NCBI GenBank assembly: GCA_012797175.1
Contig: JAAZPQ010000050.1
Span: 2,924 to 66,923, forward strand
DNA: 64,000 nucleotides
Reading direction: 5' to 3'
Origin: Bacillota bacterium
Lineage (GTDB): Bacteria; Bacillota; Dethiobacteria; DTU022
In this document: positions 8,861-21,548 of the stretch, in pieces
How positions within the stretch are numbered: the first letter of the stretch is position 1
How the letters are laid out: every line of letters starts with the position of its first letter
Program-made: the position numbers and the translations under genes
The notes under the pieces: model-generated
What the model saw: only the letters and a program-made list of their open reading frames with translations
What the model was told of the DNA's origin: nothing
Database searches by the model: none

Positions 8861-10345
8861 CTAAACCGGATAAACTAAATTATGCTGATCCCGCCAGATA
8901 AGGGTGTCATCAACTGCTGAGAAATGGTCGTAATTTAATTCTGCACCGGCAGGTCCCGAACGGTTAGCAGTGCCCGCACTTTCAGAGATGGGCGGAGGAG
9001 GAAGCAGCCCCTGGCGCCTCTTAAAAAAGTCAAGTGCCACGTTGGGAAAGAGTACATACGAAAGCACGTCCTCATCCTGGGTCATATATTCGGCAATCTC
9101 CCGACGTGCAGCGGGCAGCTGCGGCTCGATTAGGTCGGCCGGCCTGACGGTCACAGGCTTCTCGTCTCCCAGGACCTTCTTTAAAATATCCGGGTTCACC
9201 TCTCCCGGCGGGCGTCCATAAAGACCACGCAGGTAATTTTTTAGTTCCGTGGAGACCATCTGGTAGCGCTCTCCAAGAAGCACGTTGACTACTGCCTGAG
9301 TGCCGACAATCTGGCTGCTTGGAGTCACCAGAGGAGGATAGCCTAAGTCAGCCCGGACGCGGGGGACCTCTTCGAGAACTTGCGGCAACAGATCGAGGGC
9401 ATTCTGATCGGCCAGCTGTGACGCCAGGTTGGAGATCATCCCTCCCGGTACCTGGTAGCGGAGAACATTGGTATCCACACCCATGATTACCTCGCGGGGA
9501 ATGTCGTACTTCCTTGCTACTTTTTTAAAATGCTCACTAATCCGGGCAAGCAGCTGCAGGTCCAGCCCGGTATCGTACGGTGTTCCCCTCAGGGCCGCCA
9601 CGATACTGTCTGTCGGGGGCTGGCTGGTACCCAAGGAGAGAGCAGCGCTGGCGACATCAACAATATCGGCTCCTGCTTCAATTCCTTTCAAGTAAGCCAT
9701 TGAAGCCATTCCGCTGGTATAGTGACAGTGCAGCTGTACCGGTAGGCCAACCTCTGTTTTTAGTCGGCGGACCAGCTCAAAAGCATCGGCTGGCGAAAGC
9801 AACCCGGCCATATCTTTGATACAGATTGAATCGGCCCCCATCTCCTTTAGCTCCCCGGCCAGATCAACAAAGTAGGTGATATTATGCAGCGGGCTGATCG
9901 TATAGCTCAGCGCTGCCTGAACGTGGGCTCCTTCCTCTTTTGTCACCCGCATAGCCTGCTCCATATTGCGCGAGTCATTTAAAGCATCAAAGATCCGCAT
10001 GATATCGATCCCGTTATCGACCGCCCGTTTAATAAATTCCTCTACGACGTCGTCGGCGTAGTGGCGATAACCGACTATGTTCTGGCCACGCAGGAGCATC
10101 TGCAACTTGGTCCGTTTAAAAAGAGGTCGCAGGCGGCGCAGTCTTTCCCAGGGGTCTTCGTTGAGAAAACGCATACAGGCATCAAAAGTGGCCCCTCCCC
10201 AAACCTCCAGAGAATGATAGCCAACCTGGTCCATCAGTTCGGCTACAGGCAACATCTCTTCCAGGCGCATTCTTGTAGCCAGGAGAGACTGGTGGGCATC
10301 ACGTAACGTGGTATCGGTAATTCTAATCTTTTTCTGATCGGTCAT
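8861..10345 (-). CDS. Carboxyltransferase 5S-subunit-like protein (OadA/PycB/transcarboxylase 5S family) lacking a biotinyl domain
   Basis: 494 aa; N-terminus ITDTTLRDAHQSL (HMGL-like TIM barrel) plus the PYC_OADA conserved region; no AMKM biotin attachment motif at the C-terminus. Confidence 0.75.
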   Translation of the reverse strand: MTDQKKIRITDTTLRDAHQSLLATRMRLEEMLPVAELMDQVGYHSLEVWGGATFDACMRFLNEDPWERLRRLRPLFKRTKLQMLLRGQNIVGYRHYADDVVEEFIKRAVDNGIDIMRIFDALNDSRNMEQAMRVTKEEGAHVQAALSYTISPLHNITYFVDLAGELKEMGADSICIKDMAGLLSPADAFELVRRLKTEVGLPVQLHCHYTSGMASMAYLKGIEAGADIVDVASAALSLGTSQPPTDSIVAALRGTPYDTGLDLQLLARISEHFKKVARKYDIPREVIMGVDTNVLRYQVPGGMISNLASQLADQNALDLLPQVLEEVPRVRADLGYPPLVTPSSQIVGTQAVVNVLLGERYQMVSTELKNYLRGLYGRPPGEVNPDILKKVLGDEKPVTVRPADLIEPQLPAARREIAEYMTQDEDVLSYVLFPNVALDFFKRRQGLLPPPPISESAGTANRSGPAGAELNYDHFSAVDDTLIWRDQHNLVYPV

Positions 10346-10384
10346 CCCTACCCCCCCTTGCTTTATTTAAAACGATCTTTATTA

Positions 10385-11668
10385 TTACTCGATTTGCCGG
10401 GCCGCCACCGTTCCAAGATGACGACCCCAGACCAGGGCCTCAGTCAGGGCTGCACCGGGCATGATGGCGGCACCGTTAAGAGCACCCGCCGTCTCTCCAA
10501 GAGCATAGAGACCTTTTACCGGCTGATCCTTTTGAAGAACCAGGCCTGACTCGTTAATAGCAATCCCACCCAGGCAGTATGACGCCACCGGCTTCACCGG
10601 GCAGCCGAAAAAGGTCGCCTGAGGGTTCCTGAAACGGCGGTTTAGTTCGGGAATCTGAAGTTTATAGCTTTCCATAAAAGCAGCCACGCTGTTATACCGG
10701 GGCCAGTCCGGCTCATGCTCCGGCCTCAGCCCGGCGCCGGCTACAAGCAGGTAACCGTTTCCGGAGGAGCTGTTTACCAGCATTTTTACCAGTTCGGCTT
10801 CGTCATATTGTGAGAATAAAAGGATCTGCCGATCAACAATCAGTAATGTTCCGGGAGGCGGCTCTACCGGAACCCAATTTTGATCCTTCTCCACTGCAAG
10901 GGTATATGAAAATAGCGCTTCATCCACAATTTCTAGACCGGCGGCACGGGCCAGCTTTATACCAGTTCCACGACCACTATGTCGCCAGGAGGCTACAGCC
11001 GTATCCGGAGCCAGTTCTTTTACCTGTTCCGGATCGTTTAAATAGCCGCCATCCGCTAAAATAATTGCCGGGGCGTAAGCGGTATTGAGAACTCCGGCCG
11101 GATCAAAAAAATTAATTCCGGCAGCTTCTCCGTTCTCATTGAACAGCAGCTCTTCTAAAACTACTCCTTCAATGAAGCGAACCCCTTCTTGTAGTAACTT
11201 TTCTTTCAACCGTTTGTGAAGCTGGTCGTAAGAGAGATTCTCCGGAAAACATCTGAATCTTTCTTCCCGGGCCATCCTTAAACCCGTCTCCCGGGAGAGC
11301 CAGGCTAGATCTGTGGCCGCATTTCGGGCCAGAAGTTTATAATGCCACTTTTTGCCTCTACCCTCGCCCGTGGCCGCTAAAATCTCTTCAAGAGGCTCTA
11401 GTTTATCGGAATCACCAGGACAGAGGGCTCCTTCTTCCCACATCCAGTGTTCGTCAAGGGGCTCTTCAGAGAATAAAATGACGGCGGCACCTTTTCGGGC
11501 AGCCTCTAGAGCAGCGGTCAACCCGCCGATACCGTCACCAACGATGATGATATCACTACTTAAAGGCAGCACTTTCCCTTCACTCAATCCAGGCTCTAAA
11601 CTGCAACCGGGGGTCAGCAAGAGCAAAAAAATTAGAGCAATAAGCAGAATGCTCCGTCCCCAGGGCAT
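10385..11668 (-). CDS. FAD-dependent oxidoreductase (FAD_binding_2, fumarate reductase/succinate dehydrogenase flavoprotein-like), predicted lipoprotein
   Basis: 427 aa; signal peptide with lipobox LLLTPGC; dinucleotide fold IIIVGDGIGGLTAALEAARKG; C-terminus GLYALGETAG..G..ALTEA typical of this family. ATG 11668..11666 is only 3 nt after the gyrA stop, with the RBS inside the gyrA 3' end. Confidence 0.65.
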   Translation of the reverse strand: MPWGRSILLIALIFLLLLTPGCSLEPGLSEGKVLPLSSDIIIVGDGIGGLTAALEAARKGAAVILFSEEPLDEHWMWEEGALCPGDSDKLEPLEEILAATGEGRGKKWHYKLLARNAATDLAWLSRETGLRMAREERFRCFPENLSYDQLHKRLKEKLLQEGVRFIEGVVLEELLFNENGEAAGINFFDPAGVLNTAYAPAIILADGGYLNDPEQVKELAPDTAVASWRHSGRGTGIKLARAAGLEIVDEALFSYTLAVEKDQNWVPVEPPPGTLLIVDRQILLFSQYDEAELVKMLVNSSSGNGYLLVAGAGLRPEHEPDWPRYNSVAAFMESYKLQIPELNRRFRNPQATFFGCPVKPVASYCLGGIAINESGLVLQKDQPVKGLYALGETAGALNGAAIMPGAALTEALVWGRHLGTVAARQIE

Positions 11669-11671
11669 GGT

Positions 11672-14104
11672 TTACCTTTCCTCCTCTTCAGGGAGGCCAA
11701 TCAGATCAACGACCTGGTCTCCTTCATCAAGGCGAATTAAAGTTACCCCGCGGGCATAACGGCCCATTAAAGAGACCTCCTCTGTCTTTTGGCGGATGAC
11801 TAAACCTTTGGCGGTAACGATAATAAAATTCTGCGCCTCTTTACTCATGACCATGAAACTGGTTAGGGGCCCGCTCTCTTCGGAGATCTTCATCCCAATA
11901 AGTCCCCTCCCGGCACGGCGTTGCGCCCGGAATTCATCTATAGCAACTCTTTTACCGTACCCGGCTGCAGAGACCATCAGAACTATCTGCCCCTTACTGA
12001 CCAGATCTGCCCCGACTACCCGGTGTGGCGGGTTCAAGGCCACTGCTTTTACTCCGCGGGCAACCCGGCCCATCGGTCGGACGTCAGTTTCGGAAAAACG
12101 AATAAAATACCCTTCATCGGTGCCGATAAGGATCTCTTCTGAACCGCCGGTTAGCTTTACAGAAATCAGTTCATCATCCTCCATGAGATTGATGGCGATC
12201 AGTCCCGTTTTTCGGGCATGAGAATAATCTTTTAGCGGTGTCTTCTTAATATATCCGCGAGCGGTTACCGCAACCAGGTAGCTGTCTTCGCTGTATTCGC
12301 TGATCGGTAGGGTAGCGGTAATATACTCTTTTTTCTCCAGTGGAAGCAGGTTAACCATGGCGACGCCTCTTGATTGGCGGCTCGCTTCCGGAACTTCATA
12401 GATGTTCAGGAGATAAACCTTCCCGCGGTTGCTGAAACAGAGCAGCTTATGATGGGTAGAGGCAAAATAACACTGCTCCACCAGGTCATCCTTACGCATC
12501 TGCATGCCCACGATCCCCTTGCCGCCCCGCCGTTGGCTACGGTAAGTTGCGGCTGGCAGCCTTTTGATATAACCCCGGTCAGTAATAGTAATAACCACAT
12601 CTTCTTCAAGAATCAGATCAGTCAGTTCTAAATCAACCGTTTCGGCCACGATCTGGGTGCGCCGCTCGTCAGAATACTTCTCTTTGATCTCCTGCAATTC
12701 ATCACCGATGATACTTAGCAGCAGTGACTCGTCTGCTAGAACGCGGCGTAAATAGGCAATCGTCTGTAATAGATTTTGATGTTCTTCTTCGAGCTTGGAC
12801 TGCTCGAGCTGCGTCAAGCGTTGCAAACGCAGATCCAAAATGGCCCGGGCTTGTTTCTCAGAAATTGTCAAAAGCTCCATCAAGCCACTGCGGGCGCTCG
12901 GCCCATCAGGCGCGCGGCGAATTAAAGCAATCACTTCGTCGAGCCTGGATAGAGCAGCCCGTAGCCCTTCGACGATATGAAGCCGTTCTTCGGCCTGGTT
13001 TAGATCAAAACGGCTCCGGCGCTCAACTACCTCTTTTTGATGTTCAAGATAGCAGGTGAGCATCTCCTTTAAGTTGAGCACCCGCGGCTCCCCATCTACT
13101 AAGGCCAGCATGATTATGCCGTAGGTTTGCTGTAACGGAGTATACTTATAGAGCTGGTTGATAATGAGCTGTGATTGATATCCTGGACGGATCTCTAGAA
13201 CTATGCGCACCCCGGTATAATCGGATTCGTCCCTTAGATCGGTAATCCCTTCGATCTTTTTCTCTTTGACCAGCTCGGCAATCTTCTCTACCAGTTTAGC
13301 CTTATTCTGCTGGTAGGGCAGCTCGCTGATGATAATATGCTCGCGATCTTTTTCCTTTTTATCGATAAAAACCCGGCCTCTTAGACGAATAATTCCCCGG
13401 CCGGTCCGATAGGCCTTATTAATTCCTTCATAGCCGACAATGAGACCCCCGGTGGGAAAATCGGGCCCCTTAATCAGACGCTGTAACTCTTCCACCGTGC
13501 TCTGGGGCTGCTTAATCAAAAGATGCAGGGCATCGATCAGTTCACCCAAGTTGTGAGGTGGAATGTTGGTAGCCATTCCTACAGCGATGCCTGCCGAACC
13601 GTTTGCCAAGAGATTGGGAAATCTCGCCGGTAGAACTACCGGCTCTTCCAAGCTTTCATCAAAATTCGGTCGAAAATCAACCGTCTCTTTGTGGAGATCC
13701 CTTAGAAGCTCCATCGACAGCGGAGAAAGGCGGGCTTCAGTGTAACGCATCGCTGCCGCCGCATCTCCATCCTGAGAACCAAAGTTGCCGTGTCCATCCA
13801 CCAGGGGATAACGCGTTGAAAAATCCTGGGCCAGGCGGACCATGGCGTCGTAAAGGGCAGTGTCCCCGTGGGGATGGTATTTGCCAAGCACTTCACCCAC
13901 AATCCGTGCCGATTTACGATGAGGTTTATCGGGCGTGGCTCCCATCTCCGACATTGCATAGAGAATGCGCCGGTGGACCGGTTTAAACCCGTCCCTCACA
14001 TCAGGCAGGGCCCGGCTGACAATCACGCTCATGGCATAATCGAGAAATGATCTTTTTACTTCTTCATGAATACTGACGGGAATAGTTCGTTTTTTCTCGT
14101 TCAC
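11672..14104 (-). CDS. gyrA: DNA gyrase subunit A
   Basis: 810 aa; [13 protein letters not shown] and active-site Tyr region ([10 protein letters not shown]); C-terminal beta-pinwheel repeats. Confidence 0.95.
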   Translation of the reverse strand: MNEKKRTIPVSIHEEVKRSFLDYAMSVIVSRALPDVRDGFKPVHRRILYAMSEMGATPDKPHRKSARIVGEVLGKYHPHGDTALYDAMVRLAQDFSTRYPLVDGHGNFGSQDGDAAAAMRYTEARLSPLSMELLRDLHKETVDFRPNFDESLEEPVVLPARFPNLLANGSAGIAVGMATNIPPHNLGELIDALHLLIKQPQSTVEELQRLIKGPDFPTGGLIVGYEGINKAYRTGRGIIRLRGRVFIDKKEKDREHIIISELPYQQNKAKLVEKIAELVKEKKIEGITDLRDESDYTGVRIVLEIRPGYQSQLIINQLYKYTPLQQTYGIIMLALVDGEPRVLNLKEMLTCYLEHQKEVVERRSRFDLNQAEERLHIVEGLRAALSRLDEVIALIRRAPDGPSARSGLMELLTISEKQARAILDLRLQRLTQLEQSKLEEEHQNLLQTIAYLRRVLADESLLLSIIGDELQEIKEKYSDERRTQIVAETVDLELTDLILEEDVVITITDRGYIKRLPAATYRSQRRGGKGIVGMQMRKDDLVEQCYFASTHHKLLCFSNRGKVYLLNIYEVPEASRQSRGVAMVNLLPLEKKEYITATLPISEYSEDSYLVAVTARGYIKKTPLKDYSHARKTGLIAINLMEDDELISVKLTGGSEEILIGTDEGYFIRFSETDVRPMGRVARGVKAVALNPPHRVVGADLVSKGQIVLMVSAAGYGKRVAIDEFRAQRRAGRGLIGMKISEESGPLTSFMVMSKEAQNFIIVTAKGLVIRQKTEEVSLMGRYARGVTLIRLDEGDQVVDLIGLPEEEER

Positions 14105-14227
14105 CTAATGCCCCCTTCCCTTACAGCTAAAAACTTTAAGCACCGGAAGCGGTGCTGTTCTGATGTCACAGTTAGAAATGCTTCGTTAATTTAAGAAAGA
14201 TCCCTTCCTGGCGACAGGCTCCGTTTC

Positions 14228-16207
<1,980 letters not shown>

Positions 16208-16228
16208 TTATAACTTAAAACGGCTCCT

Positions 16229-16468
16229 TTATCGGTCTCTTTTTTGTCTACGGGCTAGGGTAGTCGGGACAATCGGAGAGAGAAGCAGCTCGCTGTCGGT
16301 GACAATAAAAGATTTATAACGTTCCAGCTCTTTATTTCGATAGAAATTTTCCGCGTTAGCCGATTCAAGAAACTGTTTATTAACCGGATTATCCCGGAGA
16401 TTCATATGGAAAATACCGATCAATTCACGTTTAAAAACTATCCGGGCATTTCCAATATGAATATACAT
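16229..16468 (-). CDS. remB: DUF370-family protein (RemB/YaaB-like)
   Basis: 79 aa small protein in the conserved slot between recF and gyrB, as B. subtilis yaaB/remB. Confidence 0.65.
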   Translation of the reverse strand: MYIHIGNARIVFKRELIGIFHMNLRDNPVNKQFLESANAENFYRNKELERYKSFIVTDSELLLSPIVPTTLARRQKRDR

Positions 16469-16503
16469 ATTACTCCTCCTATGATCTTATAATTACGGTG
16501 AAG

Positions 16504-16800
16504 CTAAGTCCGGTCATCCATCCCGACCTGGAAAAAAATATCTCGAACCAGGTTCTCACCAGCATGTTGGTTTAATTTTTTAATTAATTGAGGCTTCAAC
16601 AAGGTTAGATGGTAGGCCCAGGTTGAATCGCTGACCTTAACCAGGAGCACTTCCCGTTCTATCCGCCGGGCGCTGGTTACCGCGGCAATCTCTTTGCCCA
16701 CCAACCGGTCCCATTGTTCTATTATAAGGTATTGCTGATATTGACGCCACATTTTTCTTTTTTCCAAGACTTGCTTAATAATCTGCCCCAGCTCAATCAA
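16504..16800 (-). CDS. DUF721-family (DciA-like) small protein
   Basis: 98 aa; conserved Trp/Leu pattern of DUF721; position between recF and gyrB is typical for DUF721/DciA; overlaps the recF stop by 8 nt. Confidence 0.5.
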   Translation of the reverse strand: MIELGQIIKQVLEKRKMWRQYQQYLIIEQWDRLVGKEIAAVTSARRIEREVLLVKVSDSTWAYHLTLLKPQLIKKLNQHAGENLVRDIFFQVGMDDRT

Positions 16801-17917
16801 TCTTAATCTTCCCCCTATAAACCGTATAGATTTTGGACTGCCCGGAGCAATTTTGACTGTGTTTCCACGATGGTGAGGCCGTGGTGAGAAACGACTGCCC
16901 CTCTCTGCAGCTTAAAAACTGTAAAAGATGATTACTCCTCTCTTCATCAAATTCAGAAAAAATATCATCAAGCAGCAGAATGGCCTGTTCGTCGCCTGCA
17001 CTGTTGAAAAGATCAACCTCGCCCATTTTTAAGGCCAGCACTACGGTGCGCTGCTGGCCCTGGGAACCATATTTACGAACATCACAGCCATTGATCATCA
17101 CTGCGAAGTCATCAAGGTGAGGACCGATCAGGGTTGTTCCCCTGCGCAATTCAGCGCTGTGACCCGCTGTTAACTGCTCCCGAAAAGCGCTTTCCAGAAG
17201 CTCGAAATCCCCATTAAATTTAATTGTCGGTAGATAACGGAGGGAAAGAGATTCGCTCTCCGCCGTGAGAGTAGCAAAATGAGAGCGCGCCCGGCTCTCC
17301 AGAGCCCCTAAAAATTTAATTCTCTCTTCCATAACTGTGCTACCAAATTTTACAAGGGCCTGATCCCAGGGCTCCAGAAGTGAATAATCAAAAGAGCGGC
17401 TGCCACGATATTCCTTTAAAATTCGATTGCGCTGCTGTAAGGCCCGGTAATAATCACGTAACCGGCGATAATATAGCGGTTTCAGACGGGATCCTTCCGT
17501 ATCTAAAAAACGGCGGCGTATGGAAGGACCTTCTTTAACCAGTAAAAGGTCATCCGGAGAGAAGACCACAACCGGATGGCGGTGTAGATATTCGGCTCTT
17601 TTTAGTGTTTTACCATTTAGCTTAATTTGGAGACGCCGCGGTGGGCGATACCCTATTCCCACCTGATAGCACTCTTTTTTTTTCTGAAAATTGCCCTCCA
17701 AATAAAAAAAATCACTTCCAAAGCGCAACAGCTCAGATTCCTGGTTAGTACGAAAAGAGCGAGAGACAGCCAGGCAGTAAACCGCCTCTAAAAGATTGGT
17801 CTTACCCTGAGCATTTAACCCGGTAAATATATTCAGGCGAGGGTGAAAGGTTAGCTCCTGGCGGTCGTAATTGCGAAAGTTGATTAATTTCAGTGCTGCA
17901 AGAAACATGCGCTGCAC
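16793..17917 (-). CDS. recF: DNA replication and repair protein RecF
   Basis: 374 aa; LKLINFRNY, Walker A GLNAQGKTNLLEA, signature and D-loop (LLLDD); start probably the 4th codon (MFLAALKL). Confidence 0.9.
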   Translation of the reverse strand: MQRMFLAALKLINFRNYDRQELTFHPRLNIFTGLNAQGKTNLLEAVYCLAVSRSFRTNQESELLRFGSDFFYLEGNFQKKKECYQVGIGYRPPRRLQIKLNGKTLKRAEYLHRHPVVVFSPDDLLLVKEGPSIRRRFLDTEGSRLKPLYYRRLRDYYRALQQRNRILKEYRGSRSFDYSLLEPWDQALVKFGSTVMEERIKFLGALESRARSHFATLTAESESLSLRYLPTIKFNGDFELLESAFREQLTAGHSAELRRGTTLIGPHLDDFAVMINGCDVRKYGSQGQQRTVVLALKMGEVDLFNSAGDEQAILLLDDIFSEFDEERSNHLLQFLSCREGQSFLTTASPSWKHSQNCSGQSKIYTVYRGKIKID

Positions 17918-17926
17918 ATCCCAAAA

Positions 17927-19033
17927 TTAGTCCATTTTAATGGGCAGTACTAGATAAAGATAGTGTTCATCATCAGGCAGACGGAAGATAACCGGGCCGG
18001 TCTTTCCGTGAAAATCGACAACCACCGCTTCTGTTGTCGTTGCTTTTAGAATATCCATAATAAAACGTGAATTAATATAAAGATCGATCTCTTCTCCCTC
18101 GTGTTCTATGGCAACAGTCTCTTCCATGCGCCCGATCTGTGAAGAGACACGCACCGTCAGGGAACCATCAGATACAGAAAGACAGATTGCATTATTGAGA
18201 CCTTCGGCCAGCAGGGCCGCCCGGCTGATAGTCTCTTTGATTTCTTTCCGGTTAACCATGATCCTGGTAGAATGGCGCTCTGGAATAACGGAGCTGATAT
18301 CCGGATATTTTTCATTTAGCAGCCTGGCCGCATAATAAACCGAAGCAAATTTGAAGATTAATTGATCTTTACTGGGAAATAGAGTGACCTCTTCTTCTTC
18401 CTGGTCCAAAATTTTTAATAGCTCACGCAGTGCTTTTGCCGGAACCAGGCAACGATTATTTTGAAAGCGCCAGGCTTCATTAAAGATACTCTTAAACACC
18501 AGGCGGTAGGTATCAGAAGAGATTAAACTCCATCGATGAGCATCAAATTCAAAGAGTACTCCATTAAAGGCCGGCCTGGTTTCTTCTGTAGATGCCGCAA
18601 AAACAACCGTCCTTAAAATATCTTTGAGCTCTGAGGAGCTGATGGTCATACTTTCACCGTGGGAGGGCGAAGCTTCTTCTATCCGGGGAAAATCAGACGA
18701 AGCGGCACCAAATAAATTGTATTTGGCCCGGCCGCTGCTTATGGCAATCTGAAGATTGTCCGGGTTAAGATCGAGTTTAACCTCTGGTGCCGGTAAAAAA
18801 CGAATAATATCTGTTATTTTTGCCGGGATTAATACACTAACCGGTTCATCTCCTTCGTAGGGCAAACTAACCTTTACTTGTAGCTCTAGATTTGTAGTTG
18901 AAAGAGTCAGTTGGTTGGAATCGCTCTCCAGAAGAACATTTTCAAGAGCTTGAATGGGCGATTCCTTTGGCAAAGCTTTTTCGACAATATCTAAAGAGCG
19001 ATATAAACTTGCTTTTGAAAGAATAAGAGACAT
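17927..19033 (-). CDS. dnaN: DNA polymerase III beta sliding clamp
   Basis: 368 aa; three-domain clamp; canonical N-terminus and synteny after dnaA. Confidence 0.95.
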   Translation of the reverse strand: MSLILSKASLYRSLDIVEKALPKESPIQALENVLLESDSNQLTLSTTNLELQVKVSLPYEGDEPVSVLIPAKITDIIRFLPAPEVKLDLNPDNLQIAISSGRAKYNLFGAASSDFPRIEEASPSHGESMTISSSELKDILRTVVFAASTEETRPAFNGVLFEFDAHRWSLISSDTYRLVFKSIFNEAWRFQNNRCLVPAKALRELLKILDQEEEEVTLFPSKDQLIFKFASVYYAARLLNEKYPDISSVIPERHSTRIMVNRKEIKETISRAALLAEGLNNAICLSVSDGSLTVRVSSQIGRMEETVAIEHEGEEIDLYINSRFIMDILKATTTEAVVVDFHGKTGPVIFRLPDDEHYLYLVLPIKMD

Positions 19034-19252
19034 CTAAATTCCCACCTTATCATTGCATTTTTCACAGGTAAACCAACTAGAACTAATTTATATTTAAAAG
19101 AAGCAGTCATAAAAGGGGCTGTGGATTATGTTTAAAAGTATAAAAGGAAAGCTTCTTCAACAAAAAAATGAAAACCAGGATGTGGACAAGCCGTGAATGA
19201 TTATCTTAACATTGTGCAAAAGTAGAGCATAAACTGCATGTCCACAACTTAA
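19034..19252. promoter_or_regulatory. dnaA-dnaN intergenic region with degenerate DnaA boxes (oriC second half, B. subtilis incC-like)
   Basis: TGTGGATTA (about 19122), TGTGGACAA (about 19180), TGTCCACAA (about 19229); each has 1-2 mismatches to TGTGGATAA/TTATCCACA. Confidence 0.4.
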
Positions 19253-20611
19253 TCAGAGGCTATCGACAATCTCGCTTTTAATTAGGTTCACCATCATTTT
19301 TATATCGTTTTCCTTTGTTATTAGTTTTTCAATTTTTCTGGTAGCGTAGAGGACGGTAGTGTGATCGCGGCCTCCAAACCCTTCACCAATTTTAGGTAGG
19401 GAGAGTTCAGTTAACTCCCGGGCCAGGTACATGGCTACCTGTCGAGCAAAAGCAATATCTTTAGTTCTTCTTTTACCGCAAAGATCACTAGCTGTTAAAT
19501 GAAAATGTTCAGCTGTAGTCTCGATAATCTTCTCTATAGAGATCTGCTTTTTAGAGGTAAACAGAATATTTTTCAAGGCTTCATCGGTCAACTCCAGAGT
19601 GATTTGAGAATTTGCCAGAGAAGCATAGGCCACTATTCTAATCAGAGCCCCCTCCAGTTCACGGATATTATTCTCTATTTTAGAAGCAATGTAATGAAGA
19701 ACCTCGTTGGATATATCTAAGCCCTCAGTAAGAGCTTTTTTCTTGAGTATGGCGATTCTTGTCTCCAGATCGGGCGATTGAATATCGGTGATCAGGCCCC
19801 ATTCAAAGCGGGAACGAAGGCGGTCTTCGAGGGTGGGGATCTCTTTTGGCGGACGATCGCTGGAGACGACGATCTGGCGATTAAGATTATGCAGTGTATT
19901 AAAAGTGTGAAAAAACTCCTCCTGAGTTTGTTCCTTGCCGGCCAAAAATTGAATATCATCGATTAATAAAACCTCTATGCTCCGGTATTTGTTGCGAAAT
20001 TCGGCGGTTTTATTATCCCGGATGGCATTAATAAAATCATTTGTAAATTTCTCAGAAGAGCAATACATCACATTTTTAGAGCTATGATGATTTAAAATGT
20101 ACTGGCCGATAGCATGCAACAGATGTGTTTTTCCCAGTCCGACACCGCCATAAATAAAAAAAGGGTTATAAGCCTTGGAAGGGGTTTCAGCCACGGCTAA
20201 AGAGGCGGCATGAGAAAGGCGGTTACAGGGGCCGACCACAAAACTTTCAAAAGTGTAACGCGGGTTAAAGAGAGAGACCTGTTTTTTTACCTTTTCTTCT
20301 GTTTTGACCGCAGTAGAAATACCGGCTGTATTTTTGTAAATTTCGTCCGGTTCTACAAAGTCCGGGGCGACGACAAACTGGAGATCGTAATTCTGAGAAG
20401 TAATCTCCTTCATTTTTTTTATAACAATATCCCGGTATTTACTATGAAGCCATTCCCTGGTAAAATCGTTGGGGACAGCTACTACAAGGCACTGATCCTT
20501 TAATGAAACCGGATGGGTAGAGGTGAACCAGGTTTCGAAACTTGGTTTGCTAATCTCCTTACTAATTTCAGCAAGGATCACAGACCAGAGTTTAGAAAGA
20601 TTGCTGTACAA
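19253..20611 (-). CDS. dnaA: Chromosomal replication initiator DnaA (TTG start)
   Basis: 452 aa; N-terminus [22 protein letters not shown] matches DnaA domain I; AAA+ ([15 protein letters not shown]); C-terminal DNA-binding domain; GGGAGG RBS upstream. Confidence 0.95.
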   Translation of the reverse strand: MYSNLSKLWSVILAEISKEISKPSFETWFTSTHPVSLKDQCLVVAVPNDFTREWLHSKYRDIVIKKMKEITSQNYDLQFVVAPDFVEPDEIYKNTAGISTAVKTEEKVKKQVSLFNPRYTFESFVVGPCNRLSHAASLAVAETPSKAYNPFFIYGGVGLGKTHLLHAIGQYILNHHSSKNVMYCSSEKFTNDFINAIRDNKTAEFRNKYRSIEVLLIDDIQFLAGKEQTQEEFFHTFNTLHNLNRQIVVSSDRPPKEIPTLEDRLRSRFEWGLITDIQSPDLETRIAILKKKALTEGLDISNEVLHYIASKIENNIRELEGALIRIVAYASLANSQITLELTDEALKNILFTSKKQISIEKIIETTAEHFHLTASDLCGKRRTKDIAFARQVAMYLARELTELSLPKIGEGFGGRDHTTVLYATRKIEKLITKENDIKMMVNLIKSEIVDSL

Positions 20612-21403
20612 AACAATACCTCCCTGCTGAATTGCACTTTCTAGGAAACTCCAATCGAAGGTCCCAAGCTACTATTATTGCTTATGGGATTTTTATTTTA
20701 CCTCACAATGCGAGATGACAACTTTACATGGCGATCTTATTGAGAGTAATTTGGGGTAATATTTGCTTTAGATCTTCTAATCCGGGAATCCCTCCAACCA
20801 GGTCGCTTAAGAGGTATTTATTAGTAGACTCTAATAAAATAACAATTACGGAGGTGGTCTTTCATTGTTGGCCACTGGCGTCCTCAGGTCTAATTATTAA
20901 GTAGCTGTAAAAACTACCTCTAAATTTATTGCCACGGCAAGGCAGTTTTGATTAAATTTCATGCTGGCGCGCTACCTAGACTGGTTAAAAGATAATTCTA
21001 CGGCGACTGTTAAAAAACAGCTCGAGGCTTAAACATTGTTATCACTTAGATATGCCCATTAAAGTTGTCAAAGAGCCAAAAAAACACCATTCACCCATAG
21101 TAAAACAATGGATAATTCATGCTCACTTTTCTAGAACCTGAGAATCTTATTAAATAAGTAGCCTTAAATTATACACAAAAACAGATAATTATCAACAAAT
21201 TTCTGTGGATAACCCTGCCAGCTGTTTAGATAAACAGGTAACAGCAAATAATATATTAACAGATCTACATATTCGCTGCAATCATCAGGAAATGGCGAGA
21301 GGGTTATTTTAACGTGGAAAAGAACGGGTTATCTTGACATTGTTAATTTTATTGCGGTATACTTTTTTTATATTCTGAACAGAAAAGTGAGAAAGGGAAG
21401 ATT
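20612..21403. other. oriC region: DnaA boxes plus AT-rich unwinding element upstream of rpmH
   Basis: Perfect DnaA box TGTGGATAA at 21204..21212; 1-mismatch box TTATCAACA at 21189..21197; weaker boxes near 21108 and 21223; AT-rich stretch 21330..21400; coding strand switches here. Confidence 0.6.
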
Positions 21404-21538
21404 ATGAAAAGGACATATCAACCGAAGCGCAGAAGAAGAAAACGGAAGCATGGTTATCTAAAAAGAATGAGCACTAATGCCGGGCGGGACATTATTAGAA
21501 AAAGACGCCGGCGGATGCGCCGAAAGGTCAGTGTTTGA
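21404..21538 (+). CDS. rpmH: 50S ribosomal protein L34
   Basis: 44 aa [44 protein letters not shown], absent from the ORF track (<60 aa); GAAAGGGAAG RBS. Confidence 0.9.
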   Translation: MKRTYQPKRRRRKRKHGYLKRMSTNAGRDIIRKRRRRMRRKVSV

Positions 21539-21548
21539 ACTTTAGGGC

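Noticed and set aside
11796-14050. Numerous 60-140-aa ORFs on both strands within gyrA, and similarly within gyrB, dnaA, walK and the PBP gene
   Set aside because: All lie inside long, well-supported genes with conserved motifs, and their translations are low-complexity; treated as frame shadows.
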